From Sphingomicrobium sp. (GTDB lineage Bacteria; Pseudomonadota; Alphaproteobacteria; Sphingomonadales; Sphingomonadaceae), in assembly GCA_037721775.1 (NCBI GenBank), contig JBBJOG010000012.1:1635-65634 (forward strand): a DNA stretch of 64,000 bases, given 5' to 3'. The notes under the pieces were generated by a model, which worked only from the letters and a program-made list of their open reading frames with translations, had not been told where the DNA came from and searched no databases. The translations under genes and the position numbers were made by a program. Positions 56,442 to 64,000 of this stretch are shown here, piece by piece. Positions within the stretch are counted from its first letter, which is position 1. Every line of letters begins with the position of its first letter.

Positions 56442-57515
56442 TCAGGCGTCGTAATCCACCGCCACCCCGTCGCCCGCGGGTACCGACTGGCAGGTCAGCA
56501 CGTACCCCGCCTCGACCTCCTCGTCGGTGAGCCCGTAGCGGGCCGCCATCTCGACCTTTCCGCCGGTCACCTTGGCGCGGCAGGTGGCGCACACCCCCGC
56601 CTTGCAGGCGAACGGCGCCGGCAGCCCCGCCTCGCGCGCGCTGTCGAGGATATTGGCTTGGGTGAACTCGACCCGGCGGGTACGGCCGTCGAGCGTAACC
56701 GACATCATGATCCCGGCCGCCTTGCTTTGCAGCTCGGCCATTTCCCGCACCAAAGATTCGGGCGGCCGGTCGGCGGTGAACCGCTCGATATGGATTCGCT
56801 CGCGCTCGACTCCGCGATCGGTGAGCGCGGCTTCGGCAGCGTCCATCATCGGCCCGGGCCCGCAGATGAACCAGCCGTCGACCTCGCCTGGATCGCCGAT
56901 CAGATGCTCGAGCGCTTGCGTGCAGCGCGTTCGGTCGAGCATGCCGTTGAACAGGTCGACGTCGCCTTCTTCCTCGGCGAGGAAATGGTAAAGCTCCAGC
57001 CGCCCCATGTGGCGGTCCTTGAGCATCGCCAGCTCTTCCAGAAAGATGATCGAGCCGCTGTCGCGATTGCCGTAAAGCAAGGTGAAGCGGCTCTCCGGCT
57101 CCTGTTTCAAGGTGGTCCGAAGCAACGACATGACGGGCGTGATCCCGGAGCCGCCTGCAATGCCGACCAGATGGCGGCGCGCGCCCGGCTCGAACGTCGT
57201 CGTGAAGCTACCGTGCGGCGGCAACACCTCGACCGTATTGCCGGCCTTGAGATTGTCGCCGACCCAGTTGGAAAATACGCCGCCGGCGATGCGTTTGACC
57301 GTCACCATCCAGTCCTGCTCGTCGGGCGCCGTGCACAGTGAGTAATTGCGGCGAACCTCCTCGCCGTCGATCTCGGCCTTGAGCGTCAGGTGCTGGCCCG
57401 CGCGAAACGCGAAACTGTCGCGAAGCACTTCGGGCATTTCGAAGCGGATCGAATTTGCTTCGGCGGTCTCCGGCACGATCTCAGCCACCCGCAGCGGGTA
57501 GAATCGAGCGCTCAC
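56442..57515 (-). CDS. paaE: Phenylacetyl-CoA epoxidase reductase subunit
   Basis: RAGQHLT, RRNYSLC, AGGSGITP, 2Fe-2S CKAGVCATC...LTCQ. Confidence 0.95.
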   Translation of the reverse strand: MSARFYPLRVAEIVPETAEANSIRFEMPEVLRDSFAFRAGQHLTLKAEIDGEEVRRNYSLCTAPDEQDWMVTVKRIAGGVFSNWVGDNLKAGNTVEVLPPHGSFTTTFEPGARRHLVGIAGGSGITPVMSLLRTTLKQEPESRFTLLYGNRDSGSIIFLEELAMLKDRHMGRLELYHFLAEEEGDVDLFNGMLDRTRCTQALEHLIGDPGEVDGWFICGPGPMMDAAEAALTDRGVERERIHIERFTADRPPESLVREMAELQSKAAGIMMSVTLDGRTRRVEFTQANILDSAREAGLPAPFACKAGVCATCRAKVTGGKVEMAARYGLTDEEVEAGYVLTCQSVPAGDGVAVDYDA

Positions 57516-58357
57516 CAGACCGCGTCGGGATAGGTGCGGGGCAGATATTGCATCGGCGCTAGGATATGGCCGAGATGCTCGCTGTGATGTCCGCGCCGGC
57601 CGCCGAGAATCGGCCGCTGGTCGGCCGGCGCGTCCAGCTTCGCATCCCGGAGCACGGCGGCAAGCGCGGAGCGATAGTCGTCTTCGAAGGCGCGCGGATC
57701 GGGCGCGGCGCCGCGCTCGATCAGCCCTTCTAAAACGTCATCAACCTCGAACAATTCGGGGATGAAGCGCCAGCACCAGTCTAGCCCGTCGGCCATCCGC
57801 CGCGCGCTCTCCTCGCTGCCGTCGCCGAGGCGGACCGTCCATTCCGACGCGAGATCGCGGTGGTAGGCGACTTCCTTGACTGCCTTGGCCGCGAACTCGC
57901 TCAGGAAGCGGTCGGTCGATGCGGTCAACCGCTGCAGCAACAGGTGCTGCCAGGTCGAATAGAGCAATTGCCGCGCGATCGTCCGGGCAAAGTCGCCATT
58001 GGGCTGCTCGACCAGCAGGCAATTGCGGAAATCGAGCACGTCGCGGCGGAAAGCAAGCGCGTCGCCGTCGCGTCCCTCGCCTTCGCACGCCCCCGCCTCA
58101 TTGAGCGCGTGGGTCGCCTGGCCGATCAGGTCGAGCGCGAAATTGGCGAGGCTGAGGTCGACCTCGAGCGCCGGTGCGTGCCCGCACCATTCGCTCAAGC
58201 GCTGGCCAAGGATCAGAGCGTCGTCGCCAAGCCGCAGAAGATAGTCGAAGCGCGCCCCATCGTGGAGTGAGTCGGCAGGCGCGTCGAACGCGCCGTGAGG
58301 CCGCGTGCGTGCAGCGATCGCCTCGTCTTCGGGCCGGATCGGCGGCAGCGACGGCAT
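57512..58357 (-). CDS. paaC: Phenylacetyl-CoA epoxidase subunit C
   Basis: LGDDALILGQRLSEWCGHAP, EQPNGDFA, KEVAYH, GRRGHHSEHLG. Confidence 0.96.
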   Translation of the reverse strand: MPSLPPIRPEDEAIAARTRPHGAFDAPADSLHDGARFDYLLRLGDDALILGQRLSEWCGHAPALEVDLSLANFALDLIGQATHALNEAGACEGEGRDGDALAFRRDVLDFRNCLLVEQPNGDFARTIARQLLYSTWQHLLLQRLTASTDRFLSEFAAKAVKEVAYHRDLASEWTVRLGDGSEESARRMADGLDWCWRFIPELFEVDDVLEGLIERGAAPDPRAFEDDYRSALAAVLRDAKLDAPADQRPILGGRRGHHSEHLGHILAPMQYLPRTYPDAVW

Positions 58358-58641
58358 CAGATGTGCTTCACCTCGTCCGGAATGTCGTAGAATGTCGGGT
58401 GGCGGTAGATCTTGTCGGCCGCCGGCTCGAACAGTTCGCCGGCTTCATCGGGGTCCGAAGCGGTGATCTCAGCCGAGCGCACCACCCACAGGCTCACCCC
58501 TTCCTGCCGCCGCGTATACGTGTCGCGCGCGTGCCGGATCGCGAGCTCTTCGTCAGGAGCATGAACGCTGCCAACGTGGCGATGCGAAAGACCGCCTTTG
58601 GTACGAATGAAAACTTCCCAGAGCGGCCAGTCACCGGTCAA
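58357..58641 (-). CDS. paaB: Phenylacetyl-CoA epoxidase subunit B
   Basis: [33 protein letters not shown]. Confidence 0.97.
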   Translation of the reverse strand: MTGDWPLWEVFIRTKGGLSHRHVGSVHAPDEELAIRHARDTYTRRQEGVSLWVVRSAEITASDPDEAGELFEPAADKIYRHPTFYDIPDEVKHI

Positions 58642-59618
58642 GCCGCCGCCCTTTCGCGACGCTTTGCCTCATGCGCGGCCGCCGCCTCGCGCACCCAGGC
58701 GCCGTCATCCCACGCGTTGCGACGCGCTTCCATCCGCTCCTTCGCGACAGGGCCCTCGCCCTTCACCACCGCGTAGAATTCGTCCCAGTCGACCGCGCCG
58801 AAATCGTAACCGCCTTTGCCCTCATTCCACTCGAGGTCCGCGTCGGGGACGGTGAGGTTCAGGAACTCCGCTTGCGGCACTGTGATGTCGACGAACTTCT
58901 GGCGAAGCTCGTCATTGGTCTCGCGCTTGATCCGCCAGCGCATCGATTGGGCGGTGTTGGGGCTGTCCTCGTCGGGCGGGCCGAACATCATCAGCGATGG
59001 CCACCACCAGCGGTTGAGCGCATCCTGCGCCATCCGCTTCTGCTCAGCCGTGCCATTGGCGAGCGCGATCATGATCTCATAGCCCTGGCGCTGGTGGAAG
59101 CTTTCTTCCTTGCACACGCGGACCATCGCTCGGGCATAGGGGCCGTAGCTGGTGCGCTGCAGCGGCACCTGGTTCATTATCGCGGCGCCGTCGACCAGCC
59201 AGCCGATCGCGCCGATGTCGGCCCAGGTCAGCGTCGGATAATTGAAGATGGTGCTGTACTTCGCCTTGCCGCTCAAGAGCGCCTCGGTCAGCTCGTCGCG
59301 GCCCACGCCCAGCGTCTCCGCCGCGCAATACAAATAGAGGCCGTGGCCGGCCTCGTCCTGTACCTTGGCCAGCAAGATCGCCTTGCGGCGAAGCGACGGC
59401 GCGCGGCCGATCCAGTTTCCCTCGGGCAGCATACCGACGATCTCGCTGTGCGCATGCTGGCTGATCTGCCGCATTAGGGTGCGGCGATAGGCCTCGGGCA
59501 TCCAGTCCTTGGGCTCGATGAACTCGTCGGCGGCAACCCGCGCCTCGAACGCCTCGAGAAGCTCGGGGTCCTCGAGGTTCTCGATCCTGGCAGTCTTCTG
59601 CAATTCGGTCGTGTACAT
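58638..59618 (-). CDS. paaA: Phenylacetyl-CoA epoxidase subunit A
   Basis: [28 protein letters not shown]; start 59618 or 59627. Confidence 0.98.
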   Translation of the reverse strand: MYTTELQKTARIENLEDPELLEAFEARVAADEFIEPKDWMPEAYRRTLMRQISQHAHSEIVGMLPEGNWIGRAPSLRRKAILLAKVQDEAGHGLYLYCAAETLGVGRDELTEALLSGKAKYSTIFNYPTLTWADIGAIGWLVDGAAIMNQVPLQRTSYGPYARAMVRVCKEESFHQRQGYEIMIALANGTAEQKRMAQDALNRWWWPSLMMFGPPDEDSPNTAQSMRWRIKRETNDELRQKFVDITVPQAEFLNLTVPDADLEWNEGKGGYDFGAVDWDEFYAVVKGEGPVAKERMEARRNAWDDGAWVREAAAAHEAKRRERAAA

Positions 59619-59695
59619 AAGCCTCATGTAGCGATTGCCGCTTCCCGCTTCAAATGGCGGTGCAGCTAAGATTTTTCACGCGGAGGCGCGAACCA

Positions 59696-60118
59696 TTACA
59701 GAATCACCGCTCCGCCGATGGTGCGCGAGTAGCCGGTGAACTCGGCGATCGTCCGTCCGTCGTCGGTTCGAACCGCAACGCGCGTGACTCCGCTTCTTCC
59801 CTCCGCCGCCACTTCTTCGGCTTCCGCGACCAGCGTCTCGCCCGCTTCGGCGCTGCCGAGAAACACGATGGACGCCTGGGCGGCGACGGCGCGCTCGTTT
59901 CGGCCGTTGCAGACGTAAGCGAAAGCGGTGTCGGCGAGCGCGAAGACCATCCCGCCATGGGCGATGCGGTGACCGTTGAGCATGTCGTCGCGAAGCCGGA
60001 TCGAAATGCGAGCATAGCCGGCGCGCGCCTCGTCGATGCTTATCCCCCAAGCGGGCCCGGTGCCCTCGGCGGCGAGCATCTCGTGGGCAACCTTCGCCGC
60101 AAGTTCGTTTGCGTCCAC
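59696..60118 (-). CDS. paaI: Hydroxyphenylacetyl-CoA thioesterase
   Basis: MLNGHRIAHGGMVFALADTAFAYVCN; GTG 60118. Confidence 0.92.
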   Translation of the reverse strand: MDANELAAKVAHEMLAAEGTGPAWGISIDEARAGYARISIRLRDDMLNGHRIAHGGMVFALADTAFAYVCNGRNERAVAAQASIVFLGSAEAGETLVAEAEEVAAEGRSGVTRVAVRTDDGRTIAEFTGYSRTIGGAVIL

Positions 60119-60143
60119 GCCCTCTCCTTGGCAAAGCGAAGGC

Positions 60144-60929
60144 ATGGCTCACGAGACAATCGACTGCAAGGTTGAGGACGGCGTCGCCCGGATCACGCTC
60201 AACCGGCCGGACAACCTCAACAGCTTCAAGTCGGCGATGCACCAGGAGCTTCGTGACGCGCTGCGGTCCGTCGAGCAAAGCGCGCGGGTGATAGTCCTCA
60301 CCGGCGCCGGCCGAGGCTTTTGCGCGGGCCAGGATCTGGGCGAGCGCACAGTGTCCTCCGGCGGGGAGCCGGTCGATCTCGGAGCCACCGTCGAAGCCAC
60401 CTGGAACCCGCTGATCCGCGCGCTGGTGTCGATGCCGCAACCGGTGATCGCCCGGGTCAACGGCGTGGCGGCCGGGGCCGGCGTCAGCATCGCGCTGGCC
60501 TGCGACATCGCCATCGCCGCAAAGTCGGCGAAATTCGTCCAGAGCTTTTCGGCGATCGGCCTGATCCCCGACAGCGGCGGCAGCTGGGTGCTGCCGCGCC
60601 TCGTCGGCCAAGCCCGTGCGCTCGGTCTGGCGCTGACTGGCGAACCGTTGACGGCCGAAAAAGCCGCCGAATGGGGCCTGATCTGGAAATGCGTCGACGA
60701 CGACCAGCTCGACGTGGAAGTGGACGCGCTTGCCGCCAAACTGACGTCGCTGCCGCCGCTTGGGCTGGCCGCAATCAAGTCGATCATCCGCTCGACGTGG
60801 GGCCGGACGCTCTACCAGGAGCTCGACCTCCAGCGCGACGAGATGCGCCGATTGGGCTTCACCGACGACTATCGCGAAGGCGTCGCCGCTTTCCTGGAGA
60901 AGCGGCAAGCGAAGTTTACGGGCAAGTGA
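60144..60929 (+). CDS. paaG: 1,2-epoxyphenylacetyl-CoA isomerase
   Basis: Crotonase fold, GFCAGQDL, GLIPDSGG; ATG 60144. Confidence 0.93.
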   Translation: MAHETIDCKVEDGVARITLNRPDNLNSFKSAMHQELRDALRSVEQSARVIVLTGAGRGFCAGQDLGERTVSSGGEPVDLGATVEATWNPLIRALVSMPQPVIARVNGVAAGAGVSIALACDIAIAAKSAKFVQSFSAIGLIPDSGGSWVLPRLVGQARALGLALTGEPLTAEKAAEWGLIWKCVDDDQLDVEVDALAAKLTSLPPLGLAAIKSIIRSTWGRTLYQELDLQRDEMRRLGFTDDYREGVAAFLEKRQAKFTGK

Positions 60930-60937
60930 CACCCTTG

Positions 60938-61014
60938 CGTTCGTCCTGAGCGAAGTCGAAGGGCGCTCGTGAGACGGTCGTGCCAACGTGCTTCGACTTC
61001 GCTCAGCACGAACG
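60938..61014. repeat. REP-like inverted repeat pair
   Basis: CGTTCGTCCTGAGCGAAGTCGAAG ... CTTCGACTTCGCTCAGCACGAACG. Confidence 0.85.
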
Positions 61015-61038
61015 GATGTTGGTAAGGACCAAGGCGAC

Positions 61039-63060
61039 GTGAAAACACCCCAGCTGCTCAATTATGCGCAGGACCGCTGGCTCCCCGGGGAGAGCGGGCT
61101 GTCAGAGATCGCCAGCGCGATCGACGGGGCACCGGTGGCGGTCACCGGCTCCGGCGGCATGGATTTCGCCGCCATGCTGCGCCACGCCCGCGAGGTCGGC
61201 GGCCCGGCGCTGCGCAAGATGACCTTCCACGAGCGCGCGCGGCTGTTGAAGGCGCTCGGCCAGGCGATCATGGCGCGCAAGGAGGAGCTGTACGAGCTCA
61301 ACTATCAGACCGGAGCGACCCGCAAGGACGGCTGGATCGACATCGAAGGCGGCGCCGGCACCCTCTTCTCTTTCTCCTCCAAGGGCCGCCGCGAGCTTCC
61401 CGACGCGCACGTCCTGCTCGACGGCGCGCTGGAGCCGCTGTCGAAAAGCGGCGCGTTCGTCGGCCAGCACATCTACACCCCGCTGCAGGGCGCCGCGCTG
61501 CACATCAACGCGTTCAACTTCCCGGTCTGGGGCATGCTCGAAAAGCTCGCCCCGGCGCTACTCGCGGGCGTTCCGGCGATCGTCAAGCCGGCGTCGGCGA
61601 CCGCCTATTTGGCCGAAGCGGCGTTCCGGGTGATGATCGAAAGCGGCGTGGTCCCCGACGGCGCGATCCAGCTGATCGTCGGCGGGGTCGGCGATGTGTT
61701 CGACCATCTGACCGGCCAGGACGTGGTCGGTTTCACCGGCTCGGCCTCGACCGCGCTCAAGCTTCGCTCCCACCCGACGGTGCTGCGCGAAAGCGTCAGG
61801 TTCGTCGCCGAGCAGGACAGCCTCAATGCGTCGGTGCTCGGACCCGACGCCGCGCCGGGGACGCCCGAGTTCGACCTGTTCGTGCGCGAAGTGGCGATCG
61901 AGATGACGGTCAAGGCGGGCCAGAAATGCACCGCGATCCGGCGAGCGCTCGCCCCGGCAGATTACATGGACGCACTCGAACAGGCGCTGCGCGAGCGGCT
62001 GGCCAAGACCAAGGTCGGCGACCCGCGCTCCGAAGACACACGCATGGGCGCTCTCGTCAGCACTGCGCAACGCGACGATGTCCGCGCGAAGATCGCCGAG
62101 CTGGAAGCGGCGGGAGCGCGCATCGTCGCCGGCGATCCCGACGCCGAGCCGCCGGTCAGGGGCGGCGCGTTCCTGTCGCCCGTGCTGCTGCGCACCGACC
62201 AGCCGTGGGTATGCGCGGCGCCGCACGACGTCGAACCGTTCGGCCCGGTGTCGACGATCATGCCCTATGCCGACCTCGGCGACGCCATCGCGCTGGCCAA
62301 CCGCGGGCGGGGCAGCCTGGTGCTGTCGATGTTCACCCATTCGCCCGAGGCAGCGCGCGACTTCGTGCTCGGCGCCGGCTCGTTCCACGGGCGGATGCTG
62401 GTGGTCGACCGCGACAATCACAAGGATTCCACCGGCCACGGCTCGCCGCTGCCGGTCCTCGTCCACGGCGGCCCCGGCCGCGCCGGCGGGAGCGAGGAGA
62501 TGGGCGGCGTGCGCGGCGTCAAGCATTACATGCAGCGAACCGCGATCCAGTCGTCGCCGGCGATGATCGCCGCAATCTCCAGCCAATATATGCCCGGCGC
62601 GCCCAAGCGCATGGTCGGCGTCCATCCGTTCCGCGGCAAGATGAGCGAGCTTGCCATCGGCGACACGTGGAAGACCGGCAGCCGAACCGTCAGCATCGCC
62701 GACATCGAGCAATTCGCCGACTTCACCGGCGACAAATTCTACGCCCACATGGACGAGGAAGCGGCCAGGGCCTCGCCGATCTTCGAGGGGCGGGTCGCCC
62801 ACGGCTATCTGGTGCTGTCGTTCGCCGCCGGGCTGTTCGTCGACCCCGATCCCGGCCCGGTGCTGGCCAACACGGGCCTCGAGAATTTGCGCTTCCTCAC
62901 CCCGCTCTACCCGGGCGATTCGATGCGCGTCGAGCTTTCCGTCCGCGCCAAATCGGTGAAGTCGGAGGACACCGGGCAGGTGCGCTGGGCCGTGGAAGTG
63001 TTCAATCAGGACGACGAGCTGGTCGCCACTTACGACCTCCTGACCGAGAACGTGCCTTAA
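61039..63060 (+). CDS. paaZ: Oxepin-CoA hydrolase / 3-oxo-5,6-dehydrosuberyl-CoA semialdehyde dehydrogenase
   Basis: ALDH domain ([14 protein letters not shown]) fused to MaoC domain ([13 protein letters not shown]); GTG 61039. Confidence 0.97.
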   Translation: MKTPQLLNYAQDRWLPGESGLSEIASAIDGAPVAVTGSGGMDFAAMLRHAREVGGPALRKMTFHERARLLKALGQAIMARKEELYELNYQTGATRKDGWIDIEGGAGTLFSFSSKGRRELPDAHVLLDGALEPLSKSGAFVGQHIYTPLQGAALHINAFNFPVWGMLEKLAPALLAGVPAIVKPASATAYLAEAAFRVMIESGVVPDGAIQLIVGGVGDVFDHLTGQDVVGFTGSASTALKLRSHPTVLRESVRFVAEQDSLNASVLGPDAAPGTPEFDLFVREVAIEMTVKAGQKCTAIRRALAPADYMDALEQALRERLAKTKVGDPRSEDTRMGALVSTAQRDDVRAKIAELEAAGARIVAGDPDAEPPVRGGAFLSPVLLRTDQPWVCAAPHDVEPFGPVSTIMPYADLGDAIALANRGRGSLVLSMFTHSPEAARDFVLGAGSFHGRMLVVDRDNHKDSTGHGSPLPVLVHGGPGRAGGSEEMGGVRGVKHYMQRTAIQSSPAMIAAISSQYMPGAPKRMVGVHPFRGKMSELAIGDTWKTGSRTVSIADIEQFADFTGDKFYAHMDEEAARASPIFEGRVAHGYLVLSFAAGLFVDPDPGPVLANTGLENLRFLTPLYPGDSMRVELSVRAKSVKSEDTGQVRWAVEVFNQDDELVATYDLLTENVP

Positions 63061-63127
63061 GCCGCAACGCCCGGCACCGCCGTTCGTTCTTCGCTTTGAC
63101 TCAACACATTTGCAGGGAGAGCGAGCG

Positions 63128-63559
63128 ATGAAGATCAGGGACGTGATGACCCGCGAGGTCCAGACCATAAGGCCCGACCAGACGGCGCAGGAGGCGGCTT
63201 CCTTCATGCTTCGCGAAGATGCCGGATCGATGCCGGTCAGCGACGGCGACAAGCTCATCGGCATGATCACCGACCGCGACATCGCGATCCGCGGAGTGGC
63301 CAAGGGCTACGGGCCGGAAACCCTGGTCCGCGAGCTGATGACCGACGATGTGGTGTGCGCGCGGATCGACGACGATGTCGAGGAAGTCGCGATACAGATG
63401 AGCGAAGCGCAGGTCCGGCGGCTCCCGGTGCTCGACGAGAATGAGAAGCTATGCGGGATCGTCAGCCTCGGCGACCTCAGCCGCAAGACCGAAGGCGAGG
63501 CAGCGCATCACGCGCTCGAAGGCGTCAGCGCCGACGGCGAGCAACACAGCCAGGGCTAA
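63128..63559 (+). CDS. CBS-domain protein
   Basis: Tandem CBS (GMITDRDI, VRRLPV, GIVSLGDL); ATG 63128. Confidence 0.92.
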   Translation: MKIRDVMTREVQTIRPDQTAQEAASFMLREDAGSMPVSDGDKLIGMITDRDIAIRGVAKGYGPETLVRELMTDDVVCARIDDDVEEVAIQMSEAQVRRLPVLDENEKLCGIVSLGDLSRKTEGEAAHHALEGVSADGEQHSQG

Positions 63560-63561
63560 GC

Positions 63562-64000
63562 CTAGCGGGTGTTCCCGAGATCGCCGATCGCCGAATCGAC
63601 CAGCGCCGCATCGGCCTTGGCGTCGAGCCGCTCGGCGATCAGCCGGGCGGCCGCTCGGCTTGCCGTGTCAGCGGCGGCGGCACGAAGCTGCTGGATTGCG
63701 GCAAGCTCTTCGGCGGCGATTTTCTCCTCGGCCATCCGGGTGCGGCGCTCGACCAAAGCCTCGGCGTCGTCGCGGGCCTTGGCGAGCAACGCGTCGGCTT
63801 CGTGGCGTGCCCGCTCGACCATCGCCGCGGCGTCGGCCTCGGCTGCGGCCGCTTTGGCTTCATATTCGCCTTTCAATGCCTCGGCTTCCTTGCGCAGCGC
63901 CTCGGCCTCGGCCAGCTGCTCGCGGATCCCGCCGATCTTGTGATCCAGCGCCTTGCCGATCGCGGCCGGCACCTTTTTCCACGCCATCATCGCCAGGACG
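63562..64000 (-). CDS. atpF: F0F1 ATP synthase subunit b (5' end outside window)
   Basis: WKKVP..I.KALD..I..IR.QL.EA..LR.EA coiled coil. Confidence 0.88.
   Translation of the reverse strand, partial: VLAMMAWKKVPAAIGKALDHKIGGIREQLAEAEALRKEAEALKGEYEAKAAAAEADAAAMVERARHEADALLAKARDDAEALVERRTRMAEEKIAAEELAAIQQLRAAAADTASRAAARLIAERLDAKADAALVDSAIGDLGNTR

Noticed and set aside
52033-63303. Long antisense ORFs (e.g. 52033-53961, 61558-63303; also 28034-29779, 16610-17956)
   Set aside because: Shadow ORFs of real genes in high-GC DNA, with no protein motifs.

Overview
High-GC alphaproteobacterial chromosome. Gene content and promoter style suggest Sphingomonadaceae (inference). Most of the window is housekeeping: a DUF1343/NamZ-like fragment, tyrS, recG, sdhE-mfd, NAD kinase, map, glnB/glnA, putP, tamAB, topoisomerase IB, a PHA neighbourhood (phaZ, phaR, a PhaC-like hydrolase) and atpF at the right edge. 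It also has tRNA-Gly(CCC) and tRNA-Arg(CCG). Four things stand out. (1) A 10.4 kb integrated element (40282-50685) sits in the 3' end of tRNA-Arg, bounded by a 16-bp direct repeat. It encodes integrase, an HK97-type portal, protease and capsid, TerL, HNH and a helicase, but no recognisable tail, head-tail adaptor, small terminase or lysis genes, so it looks like a minimal capsid-forming phage satellite. It has visible integrase arm-type repeats and a divergent operator switch. (2) A tightly coupled operon runs paaA-B-C-E, aromatic aminotransferase, fused E1 alpha/beta, E2, with no paaD or paaK in the window. This suggests a direct Phe -> phenylpyruvate -> phenylacetyl-CoA route through a dedicated 2-oxoacid dehydrogenase. 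(3) Two paralogous unannotated minus-strand elements (about 33627-33783 and 37781-37940) each have a near-perfect Shine-Dalgarno, a tiny MSH... ORF, a shared hairpin and a terminator. (4) A compositionally foreign single gene is flanked by two direct copies of a GTCCGC-N12-GCGGACATT hairpin. Two apparent 1-nt frameshifts near 27.5 and 28.3 kb may be assembly indels. No CRISPR array or rRNA gene was found. All family assignments come from motif recognition by eye, not database searches.
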